Shown: piece by piece, positions 1-11,081 of the stretch
How the letters are laid out: the number at the start of each line of letters is the position of its first letter
How positions within the stretch are numbered: position 1 is the first letter of the stretch
Source of the DNA: Candidatus Spongiisociaceae bacterium
Lineage (GTDB): Bacteria; Actinomycetota; Acidimicrobiia; Spongiisociales; Spongiisociaceae
DNA: 64,000 bases
Assembly: GCA_965219685.1 (NCBI GenBank)
Contig: CBDCOH010000002.1
Span: forward strand, 3,136,001 to 3,200,000
Direction: 5' to 3'
Notes under the pieces: generated by a model
Databases searched by the model: none
Told to the model about the DNA's origin: nothing
The model's input: only the letters and a program-made list of their open reading frames with translations
Position numbers and translations under genes: made by a program

Positions 1-222
1 AACCACGCCCTCGCAGCAGCCGACATCCGCGATCCCGACCTCGGCGACCAGCACCTCACCGCCGCCCGAGCCCTGCGCGACCTCAACCGAATCCGCCGCC
101 ACCAACTCACCGCCAACCGCCGCCGAATCCAGGTCACCAGCCGGCGCAGCCCCCTGCAAACCCGAATCCTCACCGCCATCGGAGCAGACACCCGCACCTG
201 GGACAACCCCACCATCACCTAA
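1..222 (+). CDS. Transposase C-terminus, probably IS1634 family (partial, cut by window edge)
   Basis: Frame +1 reads ...ARALRDLNRIRRHQLTANRRRIQVTSRRSPLQTRILTAIGAD...* (stop 220-222), resembling IS1634-type C-termini. Confidence 0.55.
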   Translation, partial: NHALAAADIRDPDLGDQHLTAARALRDLNRIRRHQLTANRRRIQVTSRRSPLQTRILTAIGADTRTWDNPTIT

Positions 223-517
223 CCCCCTAACCCCACCACCGGCCCCCCACACCGCCCATGTAGTGGAAACACCCCACCGCCAAACCCCCTCTGACCAGGC
301 AAAACGCAAAACACCCGCCAAATTCGGGTCAGACAAAGCCCTGCCCGCCGCGGCGAGCAACCAGCCCCGATACTCACACATCAGAGCCACCCAACAAGGT
401 AATGGGGGCTTGGCGACGGCACCATCGACAGCCTCTGGCCCGGACTCGTCACGACCTCCGCTCACACATGAGCGTCTTGACCGCATCGGCTCCGACGTGT
501 GGGCTGGCTCGTTTGGC

Positions 518-3500
518 CTAGTCGGCTGGCGGAGGCCCCGCACGGCCGGTGGCCTGCTCGGACCAGTCGCTGGAGGGATTGCCGGCGCCGTAGCGGGCGC
601 GCACGATCACCTTGTATTCGGCGCCCGCTACGAGCCCGGTGACGGTGAGGCTGGTGTGGCGGGTGAACGCGTTGCGGGTCGGCCCGCCGAGCTTGCCGCC
701 GAAGTCGCCGCCCACGAAGCTGCCGTCGACGGGCGCGATAGCCACTCGGTAGGGCTGGGTGGGCTCGGCGGGGTGCGGGTTCCAGCGGATCACTAGCTCG
801 CCGGGGGCGTCGCCGGGCTCGACGGTTACGCCGGTGACCGGCGAGGATGCGCTCGGGGGGTCGTCGGAGGACTCGGGCTCGGATTCCGCCTGGCTGCGGG
901 TGACTGTGAGCGCATAGGTCCGGGTCGTGTTGGCGTCCTCGGAAGTGACGGTCACTGTGATCGGGTTCTCGCCCACCTCGAGTTCGGCAGTCGCCGCTTC
1001 GGCTGTGACGGTGCCCGTTGCGGTCTGTACCGACACCGACGCGCCGAGGTGGTTTCTGGCGGCGGTCACCGTCACCGACTCGACGTCGTTGGCGACGCTG
1101 GCGGTGTACTCGATGGTGTCGGACGCGAAGGCCGGGGTCAACGCGACCACAGCGCCGTCGGGGTCTGTCAGCTCGAGGGCGCTCAGGGTCGCGTCGGGTG
1201 ACAGTTCCGCGGTCGCCGGCGACGCTGTCGGTTCTGTGCCGTTGATCGAGATCCTGAGCGCTTTGGAGCGGCCGCACGAGGTGATCGAACTCGAAGAGTC
1301 CCGCTGGTCCAAGCAGACGGCTTTGATCAGCCACCCCGGTGTGCTGACGCTGTCTTGGCCGTCGGCCAGGGTTGCGGCCAGGTCAAGCGAGCCGGCCAAG
1401 ACCTGTACCCTGACCAAGTAGGATGTGTCGGCGCTGAGCGCTATGGGGGATCCTTCGGGGGCTTCGAAGCGGGCTTCGCGACGCCTGGACAGCCCATTGG
1501 GTGCGGTTAGCGTCAAGGATTGGTCGCCCAGAGGGCTGTCAACCTTTTCGTAGATCCGGACGTCGAGTACTGCGTCGCTGCTGACGCGGTCGGGCTTGCC
1601 TAGCGTCACGCTGTCGATCAGCGCGCCTTTCTCGCCGGTGCGGAATCCCTGATAGATGATGGTGTCCTCGTTGTACCCGCCGACGTAGACCCAGACGTTC
1701 TTGGCCGGGTCCTGTTCCAGGTTGCTCACCAGCATCGTGCCGGTTTCGCTGTCGGGACGCGCGAACACGGCGGGCGTTTCGGCGCTGGCATGGTTGCTCT
1801 CGTCGCTGTGGCTGAACGCGTTGCGTGCTCTGATGAGGTAGAGGTAGGAGGTGTTTGGGGTGGTTTTCGTGTCGGTGTAGGTCGGGGCCGCGCTGGCGGT
1901 GTTGCTGGCGATCCGCTGGAAGTCGGGCGTAAGGGAGGCGGTGTAGGCGGTATAGGCGGTGTTGGCGCGCCAGACATGGTAGCCGGTCACCGCGGGGTCG
2001 CCCGGGTCGTCCCACGCGAGCGTGACCGTGCCGTCGTCGTGTGCGGTCGCGGTCAGGCCCTGGGGGGTTGCGGGCGGCGACAGATCAGCGGCCAGCACTT
2101 CGATCCCTTCGATCGAGACCCGCAGCGCTTCAGCGGACCCGCAGTCGGCGTAGCTGTCCGTCGCTCCTGCTGTGGCACGGCAGGCGTCGTCGAGTCGCCA
2201 GCGGGGGGCGCTGTCGGCGTCCTCGCCGTCGGAGTGGGTGGCCGACAGGCCCACAGTGCCCGAGACGCGGTCGACTTTCACCCAGTAGGACGTGTTCGCG
2301 TGGAGACGCGCGGTGGCGTCGTCTGCGACGGCGAAGGTCGCGTCCTGCCCTGAGCTCAGCGTGGCCGACAGCGACAGCGCAGCAAGCTGGGCCGCTGGTT
2401 GGCCTTCCGCGTCCTGGGCGTGTATGGCCACGCTGAGCTCGGCGTCGGTGCTGAGCTCGCCGACATCGGCCAGTGTCACGCCGCCGAGCAGCACGTCGTG
2501 GCTGCCTGTCGTGAAGCCCTGCAGCAGGCTCGACGGCTCCCCGTCGCCGCCCACCGACACGGCCAGGGTCTGCTCGGGATCCTGGCCGGCGTTGGCGACC
2601 AGGATCGTGCCGTCGCGTCTGGTCAGCACCATGACGCGGTTGCTGCTGGCGCTCAGGCCGTTGGCGTTGCGCGCTTTGACGTGATAGGCGTACACCGTGC
2701 CCGGTTTCGCCCGGGTGTCCGCGAACGACGCGGCGGCGGTTTCGGTGTCGTCCGTGAGCACGTAGCTGGTGCCCGCAAGATCCTCGCCGGGGCGGTGGCG
2801 CAGTATCTGGTGGCCGGTGATCGACTGGTCTGCGGGGTCGTCCCACACGAGCGACACGGTGCCGTCTTCGAGCGCGGCCGCGGTGAGGCCCTGCGGCGCG
2901 GCGGGGGGCAGCGTGAGATCGGCGTCGTTGTTGAGGATCGTGCCGGTCGCGGCCGCGACCGGGCCCAGGCGGGCGTTGTGGGACAACACGCCGAGCGTCA
3001 GCGTGAACGTCTCGTCGGCTTCATAGGCGGTGTCGTCGCCGGTGGGCACGCTGATCGTGGCCGCGGTCTCGCCCGCTGGGATCGTCAGCGTGCCCGCCGA
3101 CACCGGGGAGTAGTCGGGGCCGTCTGGTGCGTCCGGGTCTGCTGTCGCGGTGCCGTCGCTGGTGCTGTAGCGCACGGTGACGGCGTCTTGGGTCGCATGG
3201 CTCAGGGTGACGGCGAACTCGACGGCGGAGCCTTCGGCTGCGGCGGACCGTCCGTCGGACAGGCTCAGAAGCGGCAGCGGGGCAGTCCCCTCGTAGCCGT
3301 TGATCGAAAGTCTCAGCGTCCCGGAGAACGCGCAGTCGATGTGCTGCGCGCCGTCCTCCAGCAGGCATGTGTCGTCCATCAGCCAGCCCGGGGCGCTCGC
3401 AGCGTCCTCAGCGTCGGACACGGTGGCCGACAGCTCGAAGATGTCGGCGCCGCCTCCGATCCTCACGAAGTAGTGGGTGCTCGCGCTCAGTTCGACCGCA

Positions 3501-6500
3501 CGGCCGCCTGCGGCGGCGAACCTGGGCCGCTGGTTGTGGACCAGCCTGCGGGGGGCGGCGAAGGTGTGCAGCAACTCGCCGGGTGTTCCGTCCTTGGCAG
3601 CTGCCAGTATTTCCACGCTGATCCACGCGTCCGAGTTCACGCCTTCGACGCCGAACAGTGTGATGCTCTGCACTGCTGTGTCCCGACTTCCGGTCGTGAA
3701 TCCCTGCAGATATGTCGTCTCGACCGCACCTACCGACAAGGTGGCAAGCGGACGCTGCATCGCGTTGGTCAGCACCGTCGTCTCGTTGGGTCCGCTCCGC
3801 ACCGCAGCGCTTTCGCTCGGCCCGCTAGGTCCGTCGCCGTTGCGGGCCCTGACGCGGTACTCGTACTCGGTCCACGCGTCGACGCCGGTGTCCACGAACG
3901 CGGTCGCGGCGCTGCCGGTGTCGTTCACCAGCGTCTCGAACGCATCATCGGGGTCCTCCGCGGGTCTGCGACGCAGGATCTGGTAGCCGGTCACGGTCGG
4001 GTCGGCCGGGTCGTCCCAGCTCAAAGCAATCGCGCCATCCGCAGTCTCGGCCGCGGCGAGTCCCCGCGGCGCGGCCGGCGGCTGCGCTCCTGCGGTCTCG
4101 TTGCTGACAGCCAGGCCGCTGAACGGCTGGGCCGGCAGACCGAGCGCGCCGGCCCGGACGTAGTCGGGCCCTGAGGGCTGCTGGTAGCTGACCCGCACGC
4201 TCTGGCCCGGCTCTACAGGCGAGGCCAGTGCCAGCACGACCTCGCTGCCGGCGACGGTGGCGTCTTCGACAGGTCGGTCGCTGCCGTCGGCAGCGACCGT
4301 GAACGCGGTCGGGGGCAGCGTGACCGACGGATCCAACATCTCTGCCCAGGTGAGGACCATTTCGTCCCGGTCGACGGTCGCCTGGTGCAGCCTCACATAG
4401 GCCATGGCCACCGGGGCGGTGGGATCGCTGGTAACTGTCTCGTCGACGCCGCGGTCGTCGGCGAAGCTCACTCGCACCGCGACGGCATGGCCCGCGTCCG
4501 CGGCGTTCGGCGTGTACGCGGGACCGGTCGCGCCCTCGATGTCGGTGTGGCCGGTCTCGGAGTCGTCGTCTGCGCGGATCCATTGGTAGGCGAACACGGC
4601 GTTGTCCATTCCGCCGGGGTCGTAAATGCTCGACGTGTCCGCTCGCAGCGTCTCCCCGGCCTGGGCGATGCCGCGGATCGTCGGCTTGCCCGTCGCGGGG
4701 CGGTTCGGCCGCGGCGTGACGGTCGGTGTGGGATCGCTGGTCAGCGACTCTTCGTTGCCGCGGTCGTCGGCGAAGCTCACTCGCACCGCGACGGTATGGC
4801 CCTCGTCGGTGTCGGTCAGCGTGTAGTCGGCGCCGGTCGCGTCCGCGATGTCGACTGCGCCGGTCTCGGAGTCGCCGTCGATGTGGACCCATTGATAGTC
4901 GAAGGTCGCCTTCTTCAGCCCGTCCGCGTCGGAGATCGCCTTGGTGTTCGCCCGCAGCGTGTCCCCCACCCGGGCCTTGCCGAGTATCGCCGTGCCCGAC
5001 CACCAGGCAGGACTGTTGACCCCATTGACCGACCGGAGTCCCACGTCGGAGCCGGCGAAGGTGTCGCTGGTCAGCGACTCGGCGTAGCCGCCGCGGTCGA
5101 CGAACGAGACGCGGACGCTGATCGAGCGTGCGGTGTAGGCTTCGGTCCAGATGTAGGTGGGCAGGGTCGCGCCGTCGATCTCGGTCTCGACGCCGCCGTC
5201 TGAGGCGATCCACTGGTAGCGGAAATGGACGCTGTCGAGTCCGTCGGCGTCGTCGATGCCTGCGGTGTCTGCCCACAGCGTGGCGCCGGTCCGGGCCTTG
5301 CCGCCGATCACGGGCGCGCCTGAAGCCGGCCGATTCGCCGCCCTAGGCCGTCTGCCCGAGGCGTACTGGCTGGTCGCGTTCATGCTCTCGATCGGTGACC
5401 AGGCCGAGACGCCCTGGTCGTTCGAAGCCCGGACACGGAACCAGAGCGTGGAGTCCGGGTCCAGACCGCTGATGATCGCGCCCTCGCCGTAGAAGGCGAT
5501 CTCGACGCCGTCGCCGGGCAGGTCAAGCCAGCCGCCACGCCAGACCTGCACGTCGTAGGAGAAGGCGCCCGACACCGCGTCCCAGGAGAGGTCGACCCCG
5601 CCGACGAACACCGCCGTGGCGTCAGGACGGCCAGGCACCTCCGGCGCGGTCAGCGAACGAACAGACGACCTCTGGGAATTACGGGACTTCGGTGCCAGCG
5701 GCTGCTGGTCGTCACGAGACCTCTCCTCCGCCTGAACCGGCACCTGTAGGCCGAGGCTGGTCGTGAGCGGCTCGTTGTCGGCGGTGCACAATGCGCCGCC
5801 GTCTTTGCCGCAGCTTCCGCCGCCCATGAGCATGATCGAGACCGCGGCCGCGCCGTCGGGCCGGATGGTCAGTTCCCAGAGATCCAGGCGGCCGTCCACC
5901 TGGGCCACGTCGCTCAGCGTGCCGCCTGTCAGCAGCAGCCGCTCGCGCAGGCCCTCGGCTGTGGTCTGCACGTCGTGGCTGAACTCGATCCGGACACGGA
6001 ACTCGGTTTCGCCGTCGTGCGACCCGGGCGCCTCGCTGAAGCTCGCCGTCAGTTCGCCGCTCGCCGATTCCCCGAGAACGCTGTTGCCGATGCTGTTGCC
6101 GATGCTGTTACCTCCGTCGGGCAGCGCGTAGGCGTCGATCCTGCCAATGGGGTTGGTCACCCAGATCGTCTCGTTGTCCGACCAGATACCGCCCGGGGGC
6201 ATGGAGCTGACATTGCGCAGCTTGATGTCAAGCAAAGGGCGGCGCTCGCCCGTGTCCAGAACGTAGGCCCGCAGCCAGTCGCGGCTGGCTGCCCACATCG
6301 TCGTGCCGTCCGACCAAATGCCGTACGCGGGGAAGTGGCCGAAGCGATCAGACTCCGCGATCGTGCGGGTGGCCACATCCAGGGTGTAAATCCCGCGAGG
6401 TTGCTGCCCGCTCAACAAGACACCGCTCAACCAGATAGTCGAACCGTCCGACCAGATGCCATTCACGTGCAGACCCCTCAGGTTGTAGTCCATCGCGGCC

Positions 6501-8914
6501 CTCCGCGCGAACGGTGTGTTGAACGTCCGGTCCGATGTCACCGGCTGGTTCTGATTATTGATCGACGTGATCTCCTGCCATTCGCATTCGCCGGCCGTGG
6601 TTGAGCCACGCTCGTAAGCCTCGAGCCGGCGTTGGGTGCCGTTGGCGACCCAGATCGTCGTGTCGTCGCCCCACATCTGGGTCAAGTCCGCGTTGCCGGA
6701 TCCGTCGCCCAACGCGGTCGGGCTCAAGTGGCAGCCGTAGTTGAAGCGGTAGTCGAGGTCGGTTGCCGTGGCCGGCAGGTGACGTTCGATCTTGCCCTGC
6801 TGCAGCGCCGACAGCTTCAGCGGATGAATCCCGAAGTGCGGAGGGTCTACGACCCAGACAATGTCGGAGTCGGCGTCGCCCCAGATCCCGGTCGGCTGCC
6901 AGAAGTCTGCGAGAACCGCGATGTCCGCGTAGCCCGGCTCGGCGACGATGACATTGCCGTCGTCGCCGAATCGCAAGCGGACACTGCCTTCAGCCCAGAG
7001 ATAGGCTGACAGCTTCTCGGCGGGTAGCAGGCTGGAACCGACCGCCGGCGCGATCCTGCGCCGGTGATAGTTGACCGGTTCGGTGTCGTCCACGTCGACG
7101 ACCAGCGTGCTCTCGATCTGGTTGAACCGCTCGTCCGTGCTGGACGCCGTATGGACCACAACGTAGGACCCGTTGGTCCGGTCCGCGTCGGGACGGGCCG
7201 ACGCATAATTCTGTTGCTCACGGTTCCAGTTCTGCGGAGTGAACGTGTACTCAAAATCGGTGAGGTCTAGGTTCACGGTAGCGTCTGGGAGGGTGATTCC
7301 CAGATAGGAAACCGTGATCGTTACGTCGTCTGTCGGTTGCTTGTCCAGCTTGATCGTGTATCCCGCGGTGTCTCGGCCGTTGTCCACAATATGCAGATGC
7401 TGCTCGGAGAGCAGAATGCGGCCCGGCTTGGTCAGCCGGTAGATTCCCAGCGTGTAGTCTGTGGTGTCACCGTTCTCGGCCGTGACCCGCAGTTTGATCG
7501 TGTTGGTCTGGCCTTCCACCAGATCGAACTGGAACCGCCTCGCGTCGGGGTCCGCGTCGCTAAGTTCGTTGCCGTCGCCGTCCAGATACTGGAGCCGGGC
7601 GTGTATGTCGCTCGTCTCAGCCGCGAAAGACACGAATGTGCTGCCGAACGGAACCGTTGCCGAGTAAGAAAGATCGTTGGCGTCGAACCCGCCGATATCT
7701 ACCGGATCGCCGTCCTTCTCGTTCACCGCCAAGCTGCTCAGCGTGGCGACATCCGACGCCTCCCGTGCTATCCCGCGGATTTCCATCCTAACAGGCGTAG
7801 ATGAATTAACGACCCAGTTACTATGAACGATGTTATAAGAATAGAAGTCGTTCGCCAGAGACCAACCCGACTCACCACTCTCGCCTCGCTCGTCAACCAA
7901 TCGGACTTCCGGCCTCGTGTCAATTGGGACAATATTCTCGTTGATTGTGATCCAATAGACCGTGTTCGCCGCCAGTCTCACCGGGTCCGCAGGGGCGGTG
8001 AACACATTGACGCTGTTCGACGTCAGCGAGGACGGATTGGTCAGCGTCGCCAGCACTCTGTCGGGAACGTTGTTGTTGCTCCCGTCGAGCCTGCTGTTCC
8101 TGATCATTACTCTCGTATTCTTGCCGCTCGTGTCTCCCAGTTCGATCAGCACTGCGGAAAGCGTGTACAGATCGGAACCTGTCGTGAAACGTTGAGCGAC
8201 AATATGTGTTGAATTGCTGCGTGTGCCCGGGGTGAGCAGATTGCTGACTAGCTTGGTGTCGTCCCCTATTTCTGTTCCTCTAACCCGCATCGCGAAAGAG
8301 CTAGTGCTGGTTGTATCCCACGCGTCTGCTTCTTGAGCCTTGAAAATGTGACTGTCGCCTATGCTCCAGCCGGCTGCGCCCGTTTCGTCATCCGCACCGA
8401 ATAGTGCCACCTGGGGGCGGTCTGCTGTAGCCACTCCTTCGTTGACCACAACCCAATATGTCTTGTCCGGTTCGAGAGTGACATCAGTCTGAGCCGTAAA
8501 CCGGTTGACACTGTCGCTCGACAGAGACGAAGGACTTGCGAATACGGCCACATCGGTGCCTGGGACGCCAGCATTGTCTTCCTTCAGCTTGACCGAACCA
8601 GTCTTGTCCTGGGCTGTGTTGAACCTGACTTCGATCTCTGAGACCCGGTACCCCGCAGGATGCGCTCCAGTGCGGATGGTCTGGGCCACAACATTGTTGG
8701 AGACAACGGTGCTGGTTCTGATGTTGCCCACAAGCTCGGGAAAGGAAGCAACCTGCGCCCCCAGCGGGTAAGCACCGAATGTGGCAAAGCCCGCCAGCAG
8801 CAGCACCGCCAGACTCACCTTGGCGAGCAGACGGACGCGCCCGCCACCCGCGGGCGACACAGCCGACCCGGCCCCCTCCCCGGAAGGCACCGACCATGAC
8901 ATCTGTCTCGACAT
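518..8914 (-). CDS. Giant (~2800 aa) secreted/surface modular protein with choice-of-anchor R-like, fibronectin type III, cadherin-like beta-sandwich, Calx-beta and SwmB-like domains
   Basis: Single 2849-codon ORF; likely ATG at 8914 with GAAGGTGGGG RBS; hydrophobic signal segment (KVSLAVLLLAGFATFG). Repeated LVSN...QGFTTG modules (~5), FnIII modules (PAAPxGLTA...LxWDDP...GYQI...YxVRARN), TLSxL...F...Y.A.V modules, a Calx-beta (VEFAVTLS...VTVRYSTSDGTA) and three GxTLxADT...DxDG repeats. Confidence 0.85.
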   Translation of the reverse strand: MSRQMSWSVPSGEGAGSAVSPAGGGRVRLLAKVSLAVLLLAGFATFGAYPLGAQVASFPELVGNIRTSTVVSNNVVAQTIRTGAHPAGYRVSEIEVRFNTAQDKTGSVKLKEDNAGVPGTDVAVFASPSSLSSDSVNRFTAQTDVTLEPDKTYWVVVNEGVATADRPQVALFGADDETGAAGWSIGDSHIFKAQEADAWDTTSTSSFAMRVRGTEIGDDTKLVSNLLTPGTRSNSTHIVAQRFTTGSDLYTLSAVLIELGDTSGKNTRVMIRNSRLDGSNNNVPDRVLATLTNPSSLTSNSVNVFTAPADPVRLAANTVYWITINENIVPIDTRPEVRLVDERGESGESGWSLANDFYSYNIVHSNWVVNSSTPVRMEIRGIAREASDVATLSSLAVNEKDGDPVDIGGFDANDLSYSATVPFGSTFVSFAAETSDIHARLQYLDGDGNELSDADPDARRFQFDLVEGQTNTIKLRVTAENGDTTDYTLGIYRLTKPGRILLSEQHLHIVDNGRDTAGYTIKLDKQPTDDVTITVSYLGITLPDATVNLDLTDFEYTFTPQNWNREQQNYASARPDADRTNGSYVVVHTASSTDERFNQIESTLVVDVDDTEPVNYHRRRIAPAVGSSLLPAEKLSAYLWAEGSVRLRFGDDGNVIVAEPGYADIAVLADFWQPTGIWGDADSDIVWVVDPPHFGIHPLKLSALQQGKIERHLPATATDLDYRFNYGCHLSPTALGDGSGNADLTQMWGDDTTIWVANGTQRRLEAYERGSTTAGECEWQEITSINNQNQPVTSDRTFNTPFARRAAMDYNLRGLHVNGIWSDGSTIWLSGVLLSGQQPRGIYTLDVATRTIAESDRFGHFPAYGIWSDGTTMWAASRDWLRAYVLDTGERRPLLDIKLRNVSSMPPGGIWSDNETIWVTNPIGRIDAYALPDGGNSIGNSIGNSVLGESASGELTASFSEAPGSHDGETEFRVRIEFSHDVQTTAEGLRERLLLTGGTLSDVAQVDGRLDLWELTIRPDGAAAVSIMLMGGGSCGKDGGALCTADNEPLTTSLGLQVPVQAEERSRDDQQPLAPKSRNSQRSSVRSLTAPEVPGRPDATAVFVGGVDLSWDAVSGAFSYDVQVWRGGWLDLPGDGVEIAFYGEGAIISGLDPDSTLWFRVRASNDQGVSAWSPIESMNATSQYASGRRPRAANRPASGAPVIGGKARTGATLWADTAGIDDADGLDSVHFRYQWIASDGGVETEIDGATLPTYIWTEAYTARSISVRVSFVDRGGYAESLTSDTFAGSDVGLRSVNGVNSPAWWSGTAILGKARVGDTLRANTKAISDADGLKKATFDYQWVHIDGDSETGAVDIADATGADYTLTDTDEGHTVAVRVSFADDRGNEESLTSDPTPTVTPRPNRPATGKPTIRGIAQAGETLRADTSSIYDPGGMDNAVFAYQWIRADDDSETGHTDIEGATGPAYTPNAADAGHAVAVRVSFADDRGVDETVTSDPTAPVAMAYVRLHQATVDRDEMVLTWAEMLDPSVTLPPTAFTVAADGSDRPVEDATVAGSEVVLALASPVEPGQSVRVSYQQPSGPDYVRAGALGLPAQPFSGLAVSNETAGAQPPAAPRGLAAAETADGAIALSWDDPADPTVTGYQILRRRPAEDPDDAFETLVNDTGSAATAFVDTGVDAWTEYEYRVRARNGDGPSGPSESAAVRSGPNETTVLTNAMQRPLATLSVGAVETTYLQGFTTGSRDTAVQSITLFGVEGVNSDAWISVEILAAAKDGTPGELLHTFAAPRRLVHNQRPRFAAAGGRAVELSASTHYFVRIGGGADIFELSATVSDAEDAASAPGWLMDDTCLLEDGAQHIDCAFSGTLRLSINGYEGTAPLPLLSLSDGRSAAAEGSAVEFAVTLSHATQDAVTVRYSTSDGTATADPDAPDGPDYSPVSAGTLTIPAGETAATISVPTGDDTAYEADETFTLTLGVLSHNARLGPVAAATGTILNNDADLTLPPAAPQGLTAAALEDGTVSLVWDDPADQSITGHQILRHRPGEDLAGTSYVLTDDTETAAASFADTRAKPGTVYAYHVKARNANGLSASSNRVMVLTRRDGTILVANAGQDPEQTLAVSVGGDGEPSSLLQGFTTGSHDVLLGGVTLADVGELSTDAELSVAIHAQDAEGQPAAQLAALSLSATLSSGQDATFAVADDATARLHANTSYWVKVDRVSGTVGLSATHSDGEDADSAPRWRLDDACRATAGATDSYADCGSAEALRVSIEGIEVLAADLSPPATPQGLTATAHDDGTVTLAWDDPGDPAVTGYHVWRANTAYTAYTASLTPDFQRIASNTASAAPTYTDTKTTPNTSYLYLIRARNAFSHSDESNHASAETPAVFARPDSETGTMLVSNLEQDPAKNVWVYVGGYNEDTIIYQGFRTGEKGALIDSVTLGKPDRVSSDAVLDVRIYEKVDSPLGDQSLTLTAPNGLSRRREARFEAPEGSPIALSADTSYLVRVQVLAGSLDLAATLADGQDSVSTPGWLIKAVCLDQRDSSSSITSCGRSKALRISINGTEPTASPATAELSPDATLSALELTDPDGAVVALTPAFASDTIEYTASVANDVESVTVTAARNHLGASVSVQTATGTVTAEAATAELEVGENPITVTVTSEDANTTRTYALTVTRSQAESEPESSDDPPSASSPVTGVTVEPGDAPGELVIRWNPHPAEPTQPYRVAIAPVDGSFVGGDFGGKLGGPTRNAFTRHTSLTVTGLVAGAEYKVIVRARYGAGNPSSDWSEQATGRAGPPPAD

Positions 8915-9109
8915 CCCCACCTTCAGCACGTTGATCAGAATCACGCTTGCTCGATACACGAAGCAGGCCAGCGAACTGTAACACCCATAGCACGCTGCAA
9001 CCCGGCCAACAACATGTGTATCCGTGACCGTAGCCTTTAAATCGACGTGTAGAAAAGTGTCGGTCACGGATTCTTCAACGTGGAGCCCCTCTGTGGTGGC
9101 GGGTGTTCC

Positions 9110-9645
9110 CTGAGCGGATGCTCCAAGAAGGCCACCTCGAGGTCAGCGGCGAGCCCTCGGCGCTGGTTGATGATCCGGTCCAAGTCGGCGGCGAGATCGC
9201 CGATTGCCTCGCCCCAGGTCGCCTCGGCTGCCACGGTGACGGTCTGGGAGCTGAGCCGCAGCCCAGGTCTGGTCGGTGAGATCTTTGGCGGCGCGGGGGG
9301 ACCGTTTCGCCATCTGGGTGCGCACTTGGGCTTTGCCGGCCGCTCGCAGCGCTATGGGGGTTGGGTATTTCACCAGCGCGGCTCTGAGACCCCGTATCGA
9401 CACCAGCCTTTCTCCCACAGCGCGTTCCAACGCCGGGGAAACAGCCAATAAGGCGTCACGCAGCCGGTTTTACGGTTCTAGTCGCGTCAGCCCCCAGGTC
9501 TGTGTCCCGACCGTTGAGGATCCGCAGACGAGCCAACAACTCATCGGTTACCCCCACCCAACTCAGACGATCCGCGTTACGCCGGGCGTAGTCAGCCAGC
9601 ACCTGAGCGTCGGTGGGGTCGGTCTTGGCCACACCCGCGTAAAGG
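9110..9645 (-). pseudogene. IS110-family transposase fragment (frameshifted, truncated by ISL3)
   Basis: AKTDPTDAQVLADYARR motif, then after frameshifts ...LAVSPALERAVG...KYPTPIALRAAG and DLDRIINQRRGLAADLE. Confidence 0.75.
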
Positions 9646-11081
9646 GGCTCTTCGGATTTCACGGGGGAGTGACCGATGGGAGTAGGTCCCAGTTGGGCGT
9701 CCCCGCATACAGGAGTGCCCGTATTCGGTAGTTCGCGAAGTTGGGTAACCCGAACGCTGCCCGTTTGATCCTTTTGATGAGGTTGTTGAGGGCTTCGGTG
9801 GGTCCGTCGGTTACCTCGGGTGATGTGCCAGTTGCAGATCTGGGCGCACCAGCGGCTGATGGTACGACCGAGCTGGTTGATCTCCGGTGGGCAGGAGGGG
9901 TCTTGGAGGTCATCGGCGAGCCGGGTGGGTGTATTGGAGGCCGAGGACGGGACTGTCGATGTCGTAGATGCCCCGGACGGTTTCGGTGGCGTGGCTGGCG
10001 GTGCGTACCTCGCCGTGGGGGTCACCGGCGTCGAGGAGGCCACGGAGGCGTGTCCGACCGCGGTCGCTGATGCGTTCATGCGCAGCGGTGAGGAGACGCC
10101 GTGCCCCAGACAGTGGGTCGCCTTTGCGGCCCCGATGTCCCAGGGTTTCGTTCTGGACTCTTCGTCGTACTTCGTCGAGACGCTGGTTCGCTAGTCGGGT
10201 GACGCCGAACGGGTCTGCGACTTGCAGAGCGTTGGGCAGGACCCGGTCGTAGGCTGTCCGGTAGGGGCCTGACATGTCGAGTACGGCCCAGCGGATCCCG
10301 TCGAGCCAATCTGCGGGCTGTGACCGGAACCAGGCTTCGGCGCTATAGGCTGTTTTACCTGGGACTATGTCGATTAGTTGGTGGTTCCTGACGTCTACGA
10401 CGGACGTGCACCACTGCTTGGTCCGGTACTTTCCGCGCCGCCAGAACAGCGTCTCGTCTACCCCGACAGCCTCAACCTTCCCTACCCGATCGGTGTCTGC
10501 TTCCAGCAGTGCCTCACCCCAGCGGCGTACCTCGTCGTTGACCGTGTGCCAGTCGCAGCCCAGTTCTTCGGCGACTTCGTCGACCGAGCGACCCAGCTTC
10601 CCGACCTGGCTGGTGACCCACCGTGCTGCCCGGGATGTCAACAACGCCCGCGGAGGGGCAATAGCCGGGTCTTGTTCGACGAACGACCGGCGTGCACATC
10701 CACGATCCGGGCACCTCCAGCGGCGCTTCCGCCACCGCAGCCGCACCGGCCGGCCGAACGCGGGAAGGTCCACCAGCACAGCTGTCCGATAGCCCTTGGA
10801 CCACACTCCACCACCGCAATCCTCACAGGTCGGGCGGGGTTGGCGGGACCGGATCACCACCACAAGCGGCCCGTTCTCGCCCCGCTCGTCGATACCCTCC
10901 AGGTCAACGTCGCCGAGGCCTACCAGCAGCTCGCACATACGCGTAGGATCAACTTCCACAGGGGTCCTCCTGCCTCGGATGTCATCTTTCAACAGCCGAT
11001 TATGGAGGACCCCTCCTCACTTCTGGTGGATTACGACCCCCATCCCATATCCCCCTTCTCCCCCCTCATTTCCGAAGAGCC
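9646..11081 (-). mobile_element. ISL3-family insertion sequence with frameshifted transposase
   Basis: Terminal inverted repeats GGCTCTTCGGA at 9646 and TCCGAAGAGCC ending at 11081; no matching target duplication in the flanks. Confidence 0.85.
9659..10992 (-). pseudogene. ISL3-family transposase (two frameshifts near C-terminus)
   Basis: CxxC zinc finger, LRWRKRRWRC, VGVDET, DMSGPY, VADPF; the C-terminal GPTEALNNLIKRIKRAAFG lies in a different frame (9659..9913). Confidence 0.85.

Noticed and set aside
2399-4174. Long antisense or alternative-frame ORFs (e.g. 591 aa here, 547 aa at 59191-60834, 500 aa at 41345-42847)
   Set aside because: Expected shadows of high-GC coding sequence, with no motifs of their own
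4440-4800. Internal near-identical repeats as a diversity-generating retroelement template/variable pair
   Set aside because: No reverse transcriptase is in the window; the repeats are in-frame domain duplications with no evident adenine-specific mismatch pattern
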